From the NCBI GenBank assembly GCA_964590575.1, contig CAZPWM010000037.1, positions 1-27,332 on the forward strand: a DNA stretch of 27,332 bases, read 5' to 3'. Positions within the stretch are counted from its first letter, which is position 1. Each line of letters starts with the position of its first letter. The DNA is from an uncultured archaeon (GTDB taxonomy: Archaea > Asgardarchaeota > Thorarchaeia > Thorarchaeales > Thorarchaeaceae). The translations under genes and the position numbers were made by a program. Below are positions 16,082 to 25,424 of this stretch, in pieces. A model generated the notes under the pieces. It was not told the origin of the DNA. It ran no database searches and was given only the letters and a program-made list of their open reading frames with translations.

Positions 16082-17014
16082 GAAGAACTCTGTCAAATCG
16101 ATATTTCCACCACTGATTATTACACCAACTCGCTTGTCGTATAGTTCATCTTTCATTTTAAGCAATCCCGCTAACGATACTGCACCAGATGGTTCAACTA
16201 CCAGCTTCATTCGCTCCCAGAGAAGTTTCATTGCATCGACTATCTGTTCTTCAGTCACGGTGATGATTGAAGCCACATACTCCTTAATGATCCTAAATGT
16301 CACCTCTCCGAGTTGAGTTCTGAGACCATCTGCAATGGTGTTTGGATTGACACTGGGATAGATTTTGCCATCTCTGAAAGAACGAAAGGCATCATCTGCG
16401 TTTGCAGGTTCAACCCCAATAACTCTAACTTCAGGACATAGACTCTTGGCAGCTATAGAAGTTCCACTCAAGAGACCCCCTCCACCCACAGGGGCAAATA
16501 TATAGTCTAACTCTTCTACTTCTTCAATGAGTTCTACAGCAGCAGTTCCAGCTCCAGCTATAATTCGCTCATCATTGTATGGATGCACTAGAATGTAGTT
16601 ATGCTTCTCAATCAATTGATTCGCTACCTGAACGCGACTCTTAGTGGTATTCTCGCAGAATACAACCTCAGCACCATATCCACGAGTGGCGTTTACCTTT
16701 ACCTGTGGCGAGTTCTTTGGCATTACTATTGTAGCTTTGATTCCTGAGAGTGAAGCTGCTAGAGCAAGAGCTTGTGCATGATTTCCCGATGAGTGCGCAA
16801 TTACTCCTTTCTTTCGCTCTTCCTCAGTCAATTGCGAAACTGTATTGAGAGCACCTCTAAATTTGAAGGCACCGACTCGCTGAAAATTCTCACACTTGAA
16901 GAAAACCTGACAATCAGCCAACTTGTCTATCGTTGATGATGTCATGACCGGGGTCCATAAAACATAGTCTCGAATCCGCTCGTGTGCATCATAGATATTC
17001 TGAATCCCAACCAT
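16067..17014 (-). CDS. PLP-dependent Ser/Thr dehydratase / serine racemase-like enzyme (fold type II)
   Basis: KCENFQRVGAFKFRGA (PLP Lys), SSGNHAQ, PVGGGGL, VEPSGA, SGGN; no ACT domain. Confidence 0.92.
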   Translation of the reverse strand: MVGIQNIYDAHERIRDYVLWTPVMTSSTIDKLADCQVFFKCENFQRVGAFKFRGALNTVSQLTEEERKKGVIAHSSGNHAQALALAASLSGIKATIVMPKNSPQVKVNATRGYGAEVVFCENTTKSRVQVANQLIEKHNYILVHPYNDERIIAGAGTAAVELIEEVEELDYIFAPVGGGGLLSGTSIAAKSLCPEVRVIGVEPANADDAFRSFRDGKIYPSVNPNTIADGLRTQLGEVTFRIIKEYVASIITVTEEQIVDAMKLLWERMKLVVEPSGAVSLAGLLKMKDELYDKRVGVIISGGNIDLTEFFSRLL

Positions 17015-17096
17015 ATCTAATGACAGTCACGTGTTATAGAAAAACGTTACTCGAAATGTTTAACCCTACACAACTTCCTTAGATTTCAGAAATACT

Positions 17097-17588
17097 ATGA
17101 GAGGAATTCGCAGGAAAGAGAAAGCCATTGAAAACATGGATGAAATCATCGCGATTATCCAAAAGGCACAATATATCACAATTGCAATGAGTATCAACGA
17201 TGAGCCATATCTTGCCACATTAAGCCATGGTTATGATCCAGATAATTACTGCATCTACTTCCACTGCGCTCAAGAAGGTAAGAAAGTCGATATATTGAAA
17301 GAGAACAACATTGTATGGGGACAGGCACTCAAGGATGAGGGATATGCAGACGGGTCCTGTGATCATCTCTATGCAACTGCTCAATTCAGGGGGCGAGTAA
17401 CTTTTGTCACTGACCATGACGAAAAGGAACGTGCCCTGAAAATCATGATTCACGCTCTAGAAACAGATCCTGAGAAAGTGATAGCAGAACAAGTCACTAA
17501 GAAGTCTGTGAAAAAAGTCAACATTGGAAGAATAGACATCGAATATATGACAGGCAAGAGGGCAAAGGAAGTCGTTATTTCACTTTAG
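17097..17588 (+). CDS. Pyridoxamine 5'-phosphate oxidase-like / NimA-family flavin-binding protein
   Basis: IRRKEK, PY...L..G, IYFHCAQEGKKVDIL..N, terminal MTGK. Confidence 0.88.
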   Translation: MRGIRRKEKAIENMDEIIAIIQKAQYITIAMSINDEPYLATLSHGYDPDNYCIYFHCAQEGKKVDILKENNIVWGQALKDEGYADGSCDHLYATAQFRGRVTFVTDHDEKERALKIMIHALETDPEKVIAEQVTKKSVKKVNIGRIDIEYMTGKRAKEVVISL

Positions 17589-17991
17589 AAGATTCAGACA
17601 AGGCTAAGAGGAGAGACACTACGTCATCAACCCTATCATAAGGAACGAAGAGATGGTCATGGTAAAAGGCTGAAACTGCATTAACACTGATTCCAGCCTT
17701 TGCTAGATGTCCTGTAATGGCTGCTAAAAATCCTACAGCTTCAAGATTCGAGTGAATAGAGAGTGTAATGAGACCCCATGTTGAGTCAAAGGCAATCTCG
17801 TTTTTTTCAGCAATATCTTTTTTGAGAATGACAGTTGGTCCTTCAGTTTCTCTGAAAATCAGTAAAGGGTTCATGAGTTCTTTCAATTGGGTCTCTTGGA
17901 CTGTACAGAAGACATACTCTCCTGAAACAACTATAGGCTGCATGTCTCTGAGAAGAGACTCAAGATTTTGTTCTCCAGTCATTCCAAACAA
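17575..17991 (-). CDS. ACT-domain protein (DUF2241/ACT_3 plus ACT_7, CASTOR-related fold)
   Basis: MTGEQNL..LL..M.P, YVFC, FRE.EG.T, ITL.IHS.LEAVG, GIS.N.VSAFYHDHLFVP. The likely start is ATG 17982. Confidence 0.88.
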   Translation of the reverse strand: MFGMTGEQNLESLLRDMQPIVVSGEYVFCTVQETQLKELMNPLLIFRETEGPTVILKKDIAEKNEIAFDSTWGLITLSIHSNLEAVGFLAAITGHLAKAGISVNAVSAFYHDHLFVPYDRVDDVVSLLLALSESSKVK

Positions 17992-17994
17992 CCA

Positions 17995-18507
17995 CTATTT
18001 GGTTCCGCCATATTTCTCCCATGACGTTATATCTTCCAAAGGGAATCGTGTACTCTTACGGTCCTGATCACCATGACCAAGTGATATCGAACAGACAACG
18101 CGTAAATCCTTTGGAATCCCAAGAGCTTCACGAAACTGTGGTTCCAAGTCGGTGTCTCTCACCCCCATCCAACAAGTGGCTAAACCAAGAGAATGTGCAG
18201 CCAATAACATGTTTTGCACTGCTTGATGGGGATCTGCAAGATAATATCGCGGATGCTTTGAGGGGTCTCCAAGTACAACAATCACGACAGGCGACTCTCT
18301 CATGAAACGTCCATAGTCATGTATGTCAGCTAGTTTTTCCCTCATCTCTTTGTTTCGAATTATGATGAAATGCCAGGGCTGCTTGTTTGAAGCTGAGGGG
18401 GCCCATCTACCTGCTTGGAGAATAGTCTGAAGATCCTCTTCTTCAATTTCATCAGGCTTGTATTTTCTAATACTTCTTCGATCTCTGATAGTCTTGATAG
18501 TGTCCAT
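17995..18507 (-). CDS. Nitroreductase-family protein
   Basis: RRSIRKY, APSASNKQPWHF, QNMLLAAHSLGLATCW. Confidence 0.93.
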   Translation of the reverse strand: MDTIKTIRDRRSIRKYKPDEIEEEDLQTILQAGRWAPSASNKQPWHFIIIRNKEMREKLADIHDYGRFMRESPVVIVVLGDPSKHPRYYLADPHQAVQNMLLAAHSLGLATCWMGVRDTDLEPQFREALGIPKDLRVVCSISLGHGDQDRKSTRFPLEDITSWEKYGGTK

Positions 18508-18607
18508 TGTTCTGATGCTCCTACATAACTAATGAGAGAACCGGGTAAAATATTGCGCGCTATCATAAACCTAAAAGGAGGAATATCATGGCGCACGATA
18601 CATTTGA

Positions 18608-20062
18608 TTGGTGAACATGTCGATGATTATCAAAACAAAGCGAAAGGAACTTACTAGTGTAGGTGTCGATATAGGTTCATCAACCTCACACATCGTGTTC
18701 AGCAAAATTATTCTCGAGAAAAATGATAATTCACGAACTGAAAAATTTGAGATTAAAGAACGGAATATTCTCTACACAGGACCCATACATTTGACTCCAT
18801 TCAAGGATGCACGAAATATCGATTTTAAACAACTTCGAGATTTACTTCTACGCGACTATCAGAATGCAGGACTAGATGTTTCTGAGATAGATACTGGTGC
18901 GGTGATCGTTACAGGAGAAACTGCAAAGAAAGAGAATGCTGAATGGATTGTTAGCGCGCTCGCAGGGGAAGCAGGAAAATTCGTGGCTGCAACAGCTGGA
19001 CCAAACTTCGAGTCTGTTCTGGCAGCGTATGGCTCAGGAGCTGTAGCCAAGTCTGCAAACACGGGTAAGACCATAATGAATGTTGACATTGGCGGAGGTT
19101 CATCAAACGTAGCTGTTTGCAAGGATGGTCGTGTTCTTGCTACAACTGCTATCAATGTGGGTGGAAGACTAATTGCTCTTGATGATAGTCAACATATCAT
19201 CCGCTTGGAGGACACAGGAAAGAATCTCGCCGAGGCTATTGGGCTAAACTTGAAACTTGGACAGGTTCTTTCGGAGATCAACCGAAAGAAACTCGCAAAT
19301 GCTCTTGCAGAGGCACTTCTCGATTGTGTTCTGCAGAGACCACCTTCCAAAATCACTTCAATGTTGATGATGGCACCTCGACTCGAATATAATGATAAAA
19401 TTGATTCTATCACATTCTCAGGGGGTATTGCGGAATACATCTACGATAGTGAAGAGAGAGAATTTAATGATCTTGGAGTTTTTCTAGCCAGAGAAATAAA
19501 AGAGAAGACCAGTGAATTAAACTTACCAGTTGGACGACCCGAACATAGGATACGTGCAACTGTGATAGGAGCAGGTAATTTTAGTCTTCAAGTTAGTGGC
19601 TCTACCACATTCCTCTCATCAGGACTTGAATACCCTCTTCGTAACTTACCGGTCGTCGAACCATATATCTCCACAAGAAAGCCATCATCGACGGAGGTCA
19701 AGGAAGCCATTCAAAGAGCATTATCAAGATTTGATTTAATCGAAGGCGTTGACCCACTTATTCTGTCGTTCAATAGCTCTGTTAGACCATCCTATGAGAA
19801 TCTCAAAGAGTTTGCAGTAGGTGTTGTGGATGCGTTACCTAATACTATCAAACACCGAACACCCATTTTCATGTGTTTTGATGCTGACATTGGAAATAGT
19901 GTTGGAAATGTAATGAAAAGAGAAACAGGAATCAAGAACGAGTTACTTTCCATCGATGAGATAAGACTCAAAGAAGGGGATTTTGTAGATATTGGAGAGC
20001 CCATCATTGAGGATGTAGTTGTTCCCGTTGTGATCAAGACATTAGTATTTGAGTCCAATTAG
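18608..20062 (+). CDS. eutA: EutA-like ethanolamine ammonia-lyase reactivating factor (ASKHA ATPase)
   Basis: SVGVDIGSSTS, DTGAVIVTGETAKKENA, FVAATAGP..ES.LA..GSGA, DIGGGSSN, IRATVIGAG, terminal VPVVIKTLVF. Exact start uncertain (18608-18623). Confidence 0.9.
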   Translation: MVNMSMIIKTKRKELTSVGVDIGSSTSHIVFSKIILEKNDNSRTEKFEIKERNILYTGPIHLTPFKDARNIDFKQLRDLLLRDYQNAGLDVSEIDTGAVIVTGETAKKENAEWIVSALAGEAGKFVAATAGPNFESVLAAYGSGAVAKSANTGKTIMNVDIGGGSSNVAVCKDGRVLATTAINVGGRLIALDDSQHIIRLEDTGKNLAEAIGLNLKLGQVLSEINRKKLANALAEALLDCVLQRPPSKITSMLMMAPRLEYNDKIDSITFSGGIAEYIYDSEEREFNDLGVFLAREIKEKTSELNLPVGRPEHRIRATVIGAGNFSLQVSGSTTFLSSGLEYPLRNLPVVEPYISTRKPSSTEVKEAIQRALSRFDLIEGVDPLILSFNSSVRPSYENLKEFAVGVVDALPNTIKHRTPIFMCFDADIGNSVGNVMKRETGIKNELLSIDEIRLKEGDFVDIGEPIIEDVVVPVVIKTLVFESN

Positions 20063-20070
20063 ATTAGTAG

Positions 20071-21168
20071 CTATTCTTTCAGACGTTTACGGACTTGTGA
20101 AACAAGAAGGTAGGTCACTGGAACTTTGATTGTCTCATCTTTAGGTTCTGGAGTGTAAGGTACATGCTCCTTCTCATACCACATCCTGTGTTCATAATCT
20201 AACCAAAGCTCCTCCCTCATAGGGACAATCCTTGTGAGTCTAATGAAAACAAAACCAATTAGTGGGAGGATTGGAAACGGAAGAATGAGTGGCATATAAT
20301 CTCCATAAAAAGCAAACGGCAGTGAAGTGAAGGTGATTGCAGCTGATGGAAGTATTTCACCAAGGATAGATACGGCAAGCAGTCTTGAATTAGTAGTAAG
20401 TCCAAGTTTGAACCTGAAGAGGTCTCGCACGAACACAAAACGGATTACTGAAAGAAGAGCCAGGAATGGCACACCATAAGCTGGCCAAGAACTGAACTGA
20501 ATCTCTAGAGGAAGCGATAATTCTAAACCACTGAGTACTGAATATCCTGAAGTAATGTCGTACTGGAAGAACAGAGACATAAAGAACAAACGGGTGTTCC
20601 ACCAGAAAGTATCTACATAGAAAACAAAGGGTGAAAATATAAGACCAGCCCAAAGAAGTCCTGAAAGAACCCTTTCTCTTTTGAACCTCTTGCGGATAGA
20701 TGAGGTAATGAAACTATAACTCAGAGTTTTGTGTTCCGTTGAAATACTTCTGAGGGCTGTTTCGCGGGAAATCAATGGGAGAACCACATAGAATGCTATT
20801 GAAAGAATGAAAGTGAAGTCCAAAGCATAATACAGATAGGGGTCAAATCCGATAATATTAGATAGGAAGATGCTTATCAGCCATGAAAGGATAGATGCAC
20901 CAGCTGCCCGCCAACGCATAGATTTGTCGATTGGTCGTGAATTTAGCTGATATTCGAAAATCATACAGGGTAAAAGTATCACTAATCCTGTGAGAACAGA
21001 GAACAGAGATGTAAACGTAACAAAGGGGCTCCCTCCAACAATAAGGAGTATCGAAATCCATCCGAAATATGGAGATGAGAAGATACCTTGCAGAGGGAAG
21101 GACAAAACGATAAGTAGCTTGATTAGGAACATTGCAGTAGGTTTTCGCCTACCCTGAATTTCATTCAT
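20071..21168 (-). CDS. Hypothetical polytopic membrane protein
   Basis: 365-aa ORF with about 8 hydrophobic segments in two blocks and a polar C-tail; no motif recognised. Confidence 0.75.
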   Translation of the reverse strand: MNEIQGRRKPTAMFLIKLLIVLSFPLQGIFSSPYFGWISILLIVGGSPFVTFTSLFSVLTGLVILLPCMIFEYQLNSRPIDKSMRWRAAGASILSWLISIFLSNIIGFDPYLYYALDFTFILSIAFYVVLPLISRETALRSISTEHKTLSYSFITSSIRKRFKRERVLSGLLWAGLIFSPFVFYVDTFWWNTRLFFMSLFFQYDITSGYSVLSGLELSLPLEIQFSSWPAYGVPFLALLSVIRFVFVRDLFRFKLGLTTNSRLLAVSILGEILPSAAITFTSLPFAFYGDYMPLILPFPILPLIGFVFIRLTRIVPMREELWLDYEHRMWYEKEHVPYTPEPKDETIKVPVTYLLVSQVRKRLKE

Positions 21169-21335
21169 CTCTATCTCAAATCATCGCACAATTACCTATT
21201 AAGAATACGGAGATTCCAACTCACGCACTATTGACAGGGGATATCATTCTAATGGTTCTATATTTCGTTCTCACACAGTGGGTTAAGAGGACGCTTTTTT
21301 CAAATGATTATCAATACGACTTCTGAATTCACCAG

Positions 21336-22604
21336 TCATTCGAGTTTGCTCAATGATGTCGCTAATCGCTGGAGAGCTTCACCAATCAGTTCGTAAGTCT
21401 GTGCGAATGACAAGCGTAGATACCCCTCACCACCTGGACCGAAAAAGTTTCCAGATGCTGTTAGGACCTTTGCAGAATGTGCTAGATACAGCATTGAAAC
21501 CAATGACCCACTTTGGTCCAAATCTTCAGATGAGAATAGATGAGGAGGCAAAGATTCGAGGATTTCTCTGCCTTCAGTCCGTAGGCTTTTCTTCATTTCT
21601 TCCTGCTTGTTTTCAATGAGTTCTTTGACATTGACAAACATGAAGAAACTACCCTTAGGCGATTTGACCTGCATCATTGGAATATCATTGTTAATGCTCT
21701 CGACCATTAGTTTTTTCCGACGGTCATACTCTGCGACCATCTCCCTAACACCTTCCTGAGGCCCATTCAAAGCAGCAATAGCCGCCGCTTGGGATATCAC
21801 AGTAGCGCATATTGTAGAGTATTGATGGGTTTTGCAGAAGTTTGTAGCAATCTCTGGAGGAGCAATAATCCAACCAATCCTGAAGCCTGTCATTGCATGG
21901 CTTTTCGAAAGCCCATTAAGCGTGATAGTCCTTTCAAGGGCATTTCCAATTGAAGCTGGACTGTGGTTCTTCACACCATCGTACACAATCTTCTCATAGA
22001 GTTCATCAGAGAGAATTAGTAGGTCATGATCCTCTGCTAGATCTATTGCAGCACGCAGCTGTTGTTTTTCCCAGACACCTCCTGTTGGATTATTTGGTGA
22101 ACAAATAACCAGCATTTTGGTTTTGGGAGTAATTGCCATCATCAATTCATCCAAGTCAGGAACGAACCCAGATTCCTCACTTGCAGGAACATGAACAGGT
22201 ATTCCACCAAAAATCCTTACAATTGAATCATAGGCAAAATACGAGGGAGTTGGGATTATCACTTCATCACCAGGATCAATGATAGTCTGAATTGCACCAT
22301 AGAGAGCGGGACTTGTACCAGAAGTGACGATAATTTCATCTATTGGATCTGGCTCAAAATGATTTTCTCTTTTTGTTTTTTCAGCAATCGCATCTCTGAG
22401 ATCTATCAGACCTCGATCGGGAGAGTAGTGGGTCACTCCATTTTCTAATGCACGAACAGCGGCTTGGATGATGTGTGGTGGTGTGTCAAAGTTGGGCTCA
22501 CCAATTCCGAGACTTAGTGCGGGATAGCTCTCTGATAGATGCAGTAGCAGTTCAATTCCACTTAGAGGAAGCTCTTCAATCTCCTTCCTTATCTTGCTCA
22601 TCAT
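21336..22604 (-). CDS. Class I/II PLP aminotransferase (aspartate/aromatic aminotransferase-like)
   Basis: SLGIGEPNFDTP, SPNNPTG, SDELY, LSKSHAMTGFRIG (PLP Lys), GYLRLSFA. Confidence 0.93.
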   Translation of the reverse strand: MMSKIRKEIEELPLSGIELLLHLSESYPALSLGIGEPNFDTPPHIIQAAVRALENGVTHYSPDRGLIDLRDAIAEKTKRENHFEPDPIDEIIVTSGTSPALYGAIQTIIDPGDEVIIPTPSYFAYDSIVRIFGGIPVHVPASEESGFVPDLDELMMAITPKTKMLVICSPNNPTGGVWEKQQLRAAIDLAEDHDLLILSDELYEKIVYDGVKNHSPASIGNALERTITLNGLSKSHAMTGFRIGWIIAPPEIATNFCKTHQYSTICATVISQAAAIAALNGPQEGVREMVAEYDRRKKLMVESINNDIPMMQVKSPKGSFFMFVNVKELIENKQEEMKKSLRTEGREILESLPPHLFSSEDLDQSGSLVSMLYLAHSAKVLTASGNFFGPGGEGYLRLSFAQTYELIGEALQRLATSLSKLE

Positions 22605-22613
22605 AATACCCCT

Positions 22614-23336
22614 CTATAATCCCAGAATTTTTGATACAAACTCAGGAAAGTCGAGCATCTCGAGATCACTTTCACCTCTCTCCACTCCTTCTCGTAAGTT
22701 GAATGTACAGAATGGACATGCGGTTGTTAGTACCTCAGCACCAGTTTCCTCTGCTTCTTTAAGACGAATTTCTGCAGCACCACGTGCAAGATCTCGATTT
22801 GTTGATCTAACTCCCCCTCCAGCCCCGCAGCAAGATGCATTCACACGATTCTTGTGCATTTCTTTGAGTTCCACCCGAGGTATGGCTTCAAGAGCTTCTC
22901 GGGGGTCATCATATATCCCCATATGTCGACCAATATGGCAAGGATCGTGATACGTGACTGAGACCTTCTCACCCTCCGGAAATTTGAGTTTGCCTTCCTC
23001 TATTAGCTCTTTTAGAAGACTTGGGAAATGAATTATCTCAAAGGGCATTTCCTCACCCAGCATTTCAGGATAGTCCATTGAGAGCGTTCTGAAGCATCCT
23101 GCACAGGCCGTGACGACACGTGTAACACCTGCAGCTTTGAGCGCATCCACATTATGGCGAGCCATTTTCATGCCATCATCTACGAATCCTGTCCTGAATG
23201 TAACACTGCCACAACACCATTCATCCTCACCAAGCATTATGAATTCCAAACCTGCATGTTTAAGGATCTTGATTGTTGCCTCTGCGATACTAGGTAATCT
23301 ATAGGTCGCCATGCATCCAGCAAAATATGCTAACAT
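22614..23336 (-). CDS. Tandem CCG-domain Fe-S protein (HdrD/GlcF C-terminal-like)
   Basis: YFAGC, EWCCG, TACAGC, YHDPCH, SCCGAGGG, TACPFC. Confidence 0.92.
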   Translation of the reverse strand: MLAYFAGCMATYRLPSIAEATIKILKHAGLEFIMLGEDEWCCGSVTFRTGFVDDGMKMARHNVDALKAAGVTRVVTACAGCFRTLSMDYPEMLGEEMPFEIIHFPSLLKELIEEGKLKFPEGEKVSVTYHDPCHIGRHMGIYDDPREALEAIPRVELKEMHKNRVNASCCGAGGGVRSTNRDLARGAAEIRLKEAEETGAEVLTTACPFCTFNLREGVERGESDLEMLDFPEFVSKILGL

Positions 23337-23340
23337 CTAA

Positions 23341-23733
23341 TTATGCCTCCGCAAGTTGTTTAAGACGTTCTCGTTCTTTTGGATCTTCACCAAAGGGATT
23401 GTGCGTTTCACGTAGGTTCTTGGCAAGCTCATCTGAAACCGAGTGACCATAGCCACGCTTTACTAGCTCGGCTCTTGCAGCTTCAATAACAGAAGCGATG
23501 TCCAATCCTGAGAGACAAGTCGCCTGACAGTTCTGGCATGTGGTACATTCATACATTCTTTCAGCTACTTCGTCCCAGTCTAACCATCCTTTAAGGAGTG
23601 CGTAGAGAATTGACATCTTCCCCTTTGCGCTATTAGATTCCAGATTTGTCTGCTTGTAAACAGGACAATTCGACTGGCACAACCCACAGCTGACGCATTC
23701 GAGAATGATATGTTTGTATTTGTCAAAACTCAT
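23341..23733 (-). CDS. 2x[4Fe-4S] dicluster protein (HdrC/GlcF N-terminal-like)
   Basis: CVSCGLCQSNCP and CTTCQNCQATC; HNPFGE. Confidence 0.92.
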   Translation of the reverse strand: MSFDKYKHIILECVSCGLCQSNCPVYKQTNLESNSAKGKMSILYALLKGWLDWDEVAERMYECTTCQNCQATCLSGLDIASVIEAARAELVKRGYGHSVSDELAKNLRETHNPFGEDPKERERLKQLAEA

Positions 23734-25196
23734 TTCTCAGCGCCCCATAGTTCACTATCAGGTACATATTCATCGTGTATGAATTCCACGTCAACATCAC
23801 GCTCAGTTGTATCAAGACCTAGTTTTCCAGGATTCAGGATATTGTTTGGGTCGAAGATCCGCTTAATCGCTCGGTCCAACCTCAGTTTCAGGCTTCCAAC
23901 AGCCTGCTCTACATAGATATTCTTAACATACCCAAAGCCATGCTCTGCGCTAGTAACTCCTCCAATGCTCTCAACGTAATCGATAATCTCCTTCTCAGCT
24001 TTCTTGACACCAATCCAGTGGTCTCGGTTCATAGGGTCGAATAATACAGCAGGATGAATGATCCCAATTCCAGTATGGCAGAAAACAGCGGCTAGAATGC
24101 CATTTGATCGGATAATCCGACCAATCTCCCTCATAGCGTCCGCCATTTTGGATAGAGGCACACAGGGATCTGCTGCCGCAAAACCAATCTCCCTGTATCC
24201 AGGGTGCACCTTCATGATGGCAATATCAATCTCCAAACGTGGCGCCCACAGAATCTTAGTTGTTTCTTCATCTCTCGCAATGATCACTTTTTCTCCGTTA
24301 TGTTCCTCTAGAATCTTCTTGATAACGGCAAGCTTGAGTTGAAGCTCCTCTTCGCTAAATCCTTGAACATCACCCACAAAGTTTCCTTCACATTTAGGAA
24401 ATCCTAGATTCATCACGTCACTTATTGTATTCACAGTATATCCGTCAGTTGCCTCAAGAGTGCCACAATCAACACCAGACATGGTGATTGCATGAGAAGC
24501 CTTCATCAGATCATCGAGATTCTGGAAGAATGCACCTATGGTAGCTTCAAAGTCCAGCTTTGGAGCAAGACGAAGTGTGGCTTCAGTGATGACACCTAAC
24601 GTCCCTTGAGACCCTGAAATCAGAGCTGAGAGATTGTAGCCCATATTATACCTTGGAGCCCTAGAACCAAGATTCAGAACTGTACCATCCAAAAGGGCTA
24701 CTTCCATTCCTTGGATCCATGGACTAACACGACCATGTTTGTATGCGTGATGACCATTAGAATCTGATGCCAGAATACCCCCAATTGTGGCAGCATCATG
24801 GCTTCCAACATCATGAGGGAAGGTTAAACCATGCTTTTGCAACTCGTGCTCAAATGTTTCATACCTGACTCCAGGTTGAACAATAGCAAGCATATCATCC
24901 TTGCTTATCTCCAGAATCTTGTTCATTCTACTAAGGTCTAAGACTATGCCACCTCGAACTGGAAGAGAGGATCCTTGGAAGGATGCCCCACCCCCACGAG
25001 GTGTTATCGGAATTCCTTCCTTTGACACCACCTTAAGAATTTCAATCACATGATCTCTTGTTTCCGGGAACACTATCAAATCTGGGAGAGAGAAGTAGGG
25101 GGTCAAATCCCGAGCATAAGCAACTCTATCCACTTTTGCTGTAACTACGTTGTTTTCACCGACGACTGCAGTGAGAAGATCGCTGATATCCTTCAT
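23730..25196 (-). CDS. FAD-linked oxidoreductase, GlcD/D-2-hydroxyacid dehydrogenase family
   Basis: PRGGG, LDLSRMN, ATIGG, GSQGTLGVITEATL, HTGIGIIHP, SAEHGFG, FDPNNILNPGK; ATGA overlap with the next gene. Confidence 0.92.
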   Translation of the reverse strand: MKDISDLLTAVVGENNVVTAKVDRVAYARDLTPYFSLPDLIVFPETRDHVIEILKVVSKEGIPITPRGGGASFQGSSLPVRGGIVLDLSRMNKILEISKDDMLAIVQPGVRYETFEHELQKHGLTFPHDVGSHDAATIGGILASDSNGHHAYKHGRVSPWIQGMEVALLDGTVLNLGSRAPRYNMGYNLSALISGSQGTLGVITEATLRLAPKLDFEATIGAFFQNLDDLMKASHAITMSGVDCGTLEATDGYTVNTISDVMNLGFPKCEGNFVGDVQGFSEEELQLKLAVIKKILEEHNGEKVIIARDEETTKILWAPRLEIDIAIMKVHPGYREIGFAAADPCVPLSKMADAMREIGRIIRSNGILAAVFCHTGIGIIHPAVLFDPMNRDHWIGVKKAEKEIIDYVESIGGVTSAEHGFGYVKNIYVEQAVGSLKLRLDRAIKRIFDPNNILNPGKLGLDTTERDVDVEFIHDEYVPDSELWGAEK

Positions 25197-25325
25197 GAAA
25201 CAAACTCCTATGTTTGTATAGAATCATCGTATTGCTTTATTACCCAAGCATAGTTACTACTCGGCAAGAGCGTGAATGCGAAGAAGAAAAAACTAGGTTA
25301 TATTTTATCGCTTTGTGACCAGTTC

Positions 25326-25368
25326 AGTTTCAGGATGAAACTCTTTCATGAGGTGTGTTTCATTTCAG
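25326..25368. promoter_or_regulatory. Overlapping inverted repeats, candidate transcription-factor operator in a divergent promoter
   Basis: AGTTTCA-GGA-TGAAACT (25326-25342), ATGAAA-CTC-TTTCAT (25335-25349), and further TTTCA copies at 25358 and 25363. Confidence 0.5.
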
Positions 25369-25424
25369 AACAAATATGAGTAGGATGCGTTTCTCTTTTT
25401 GTCACTAACCTTGGAAGTGAGAGA

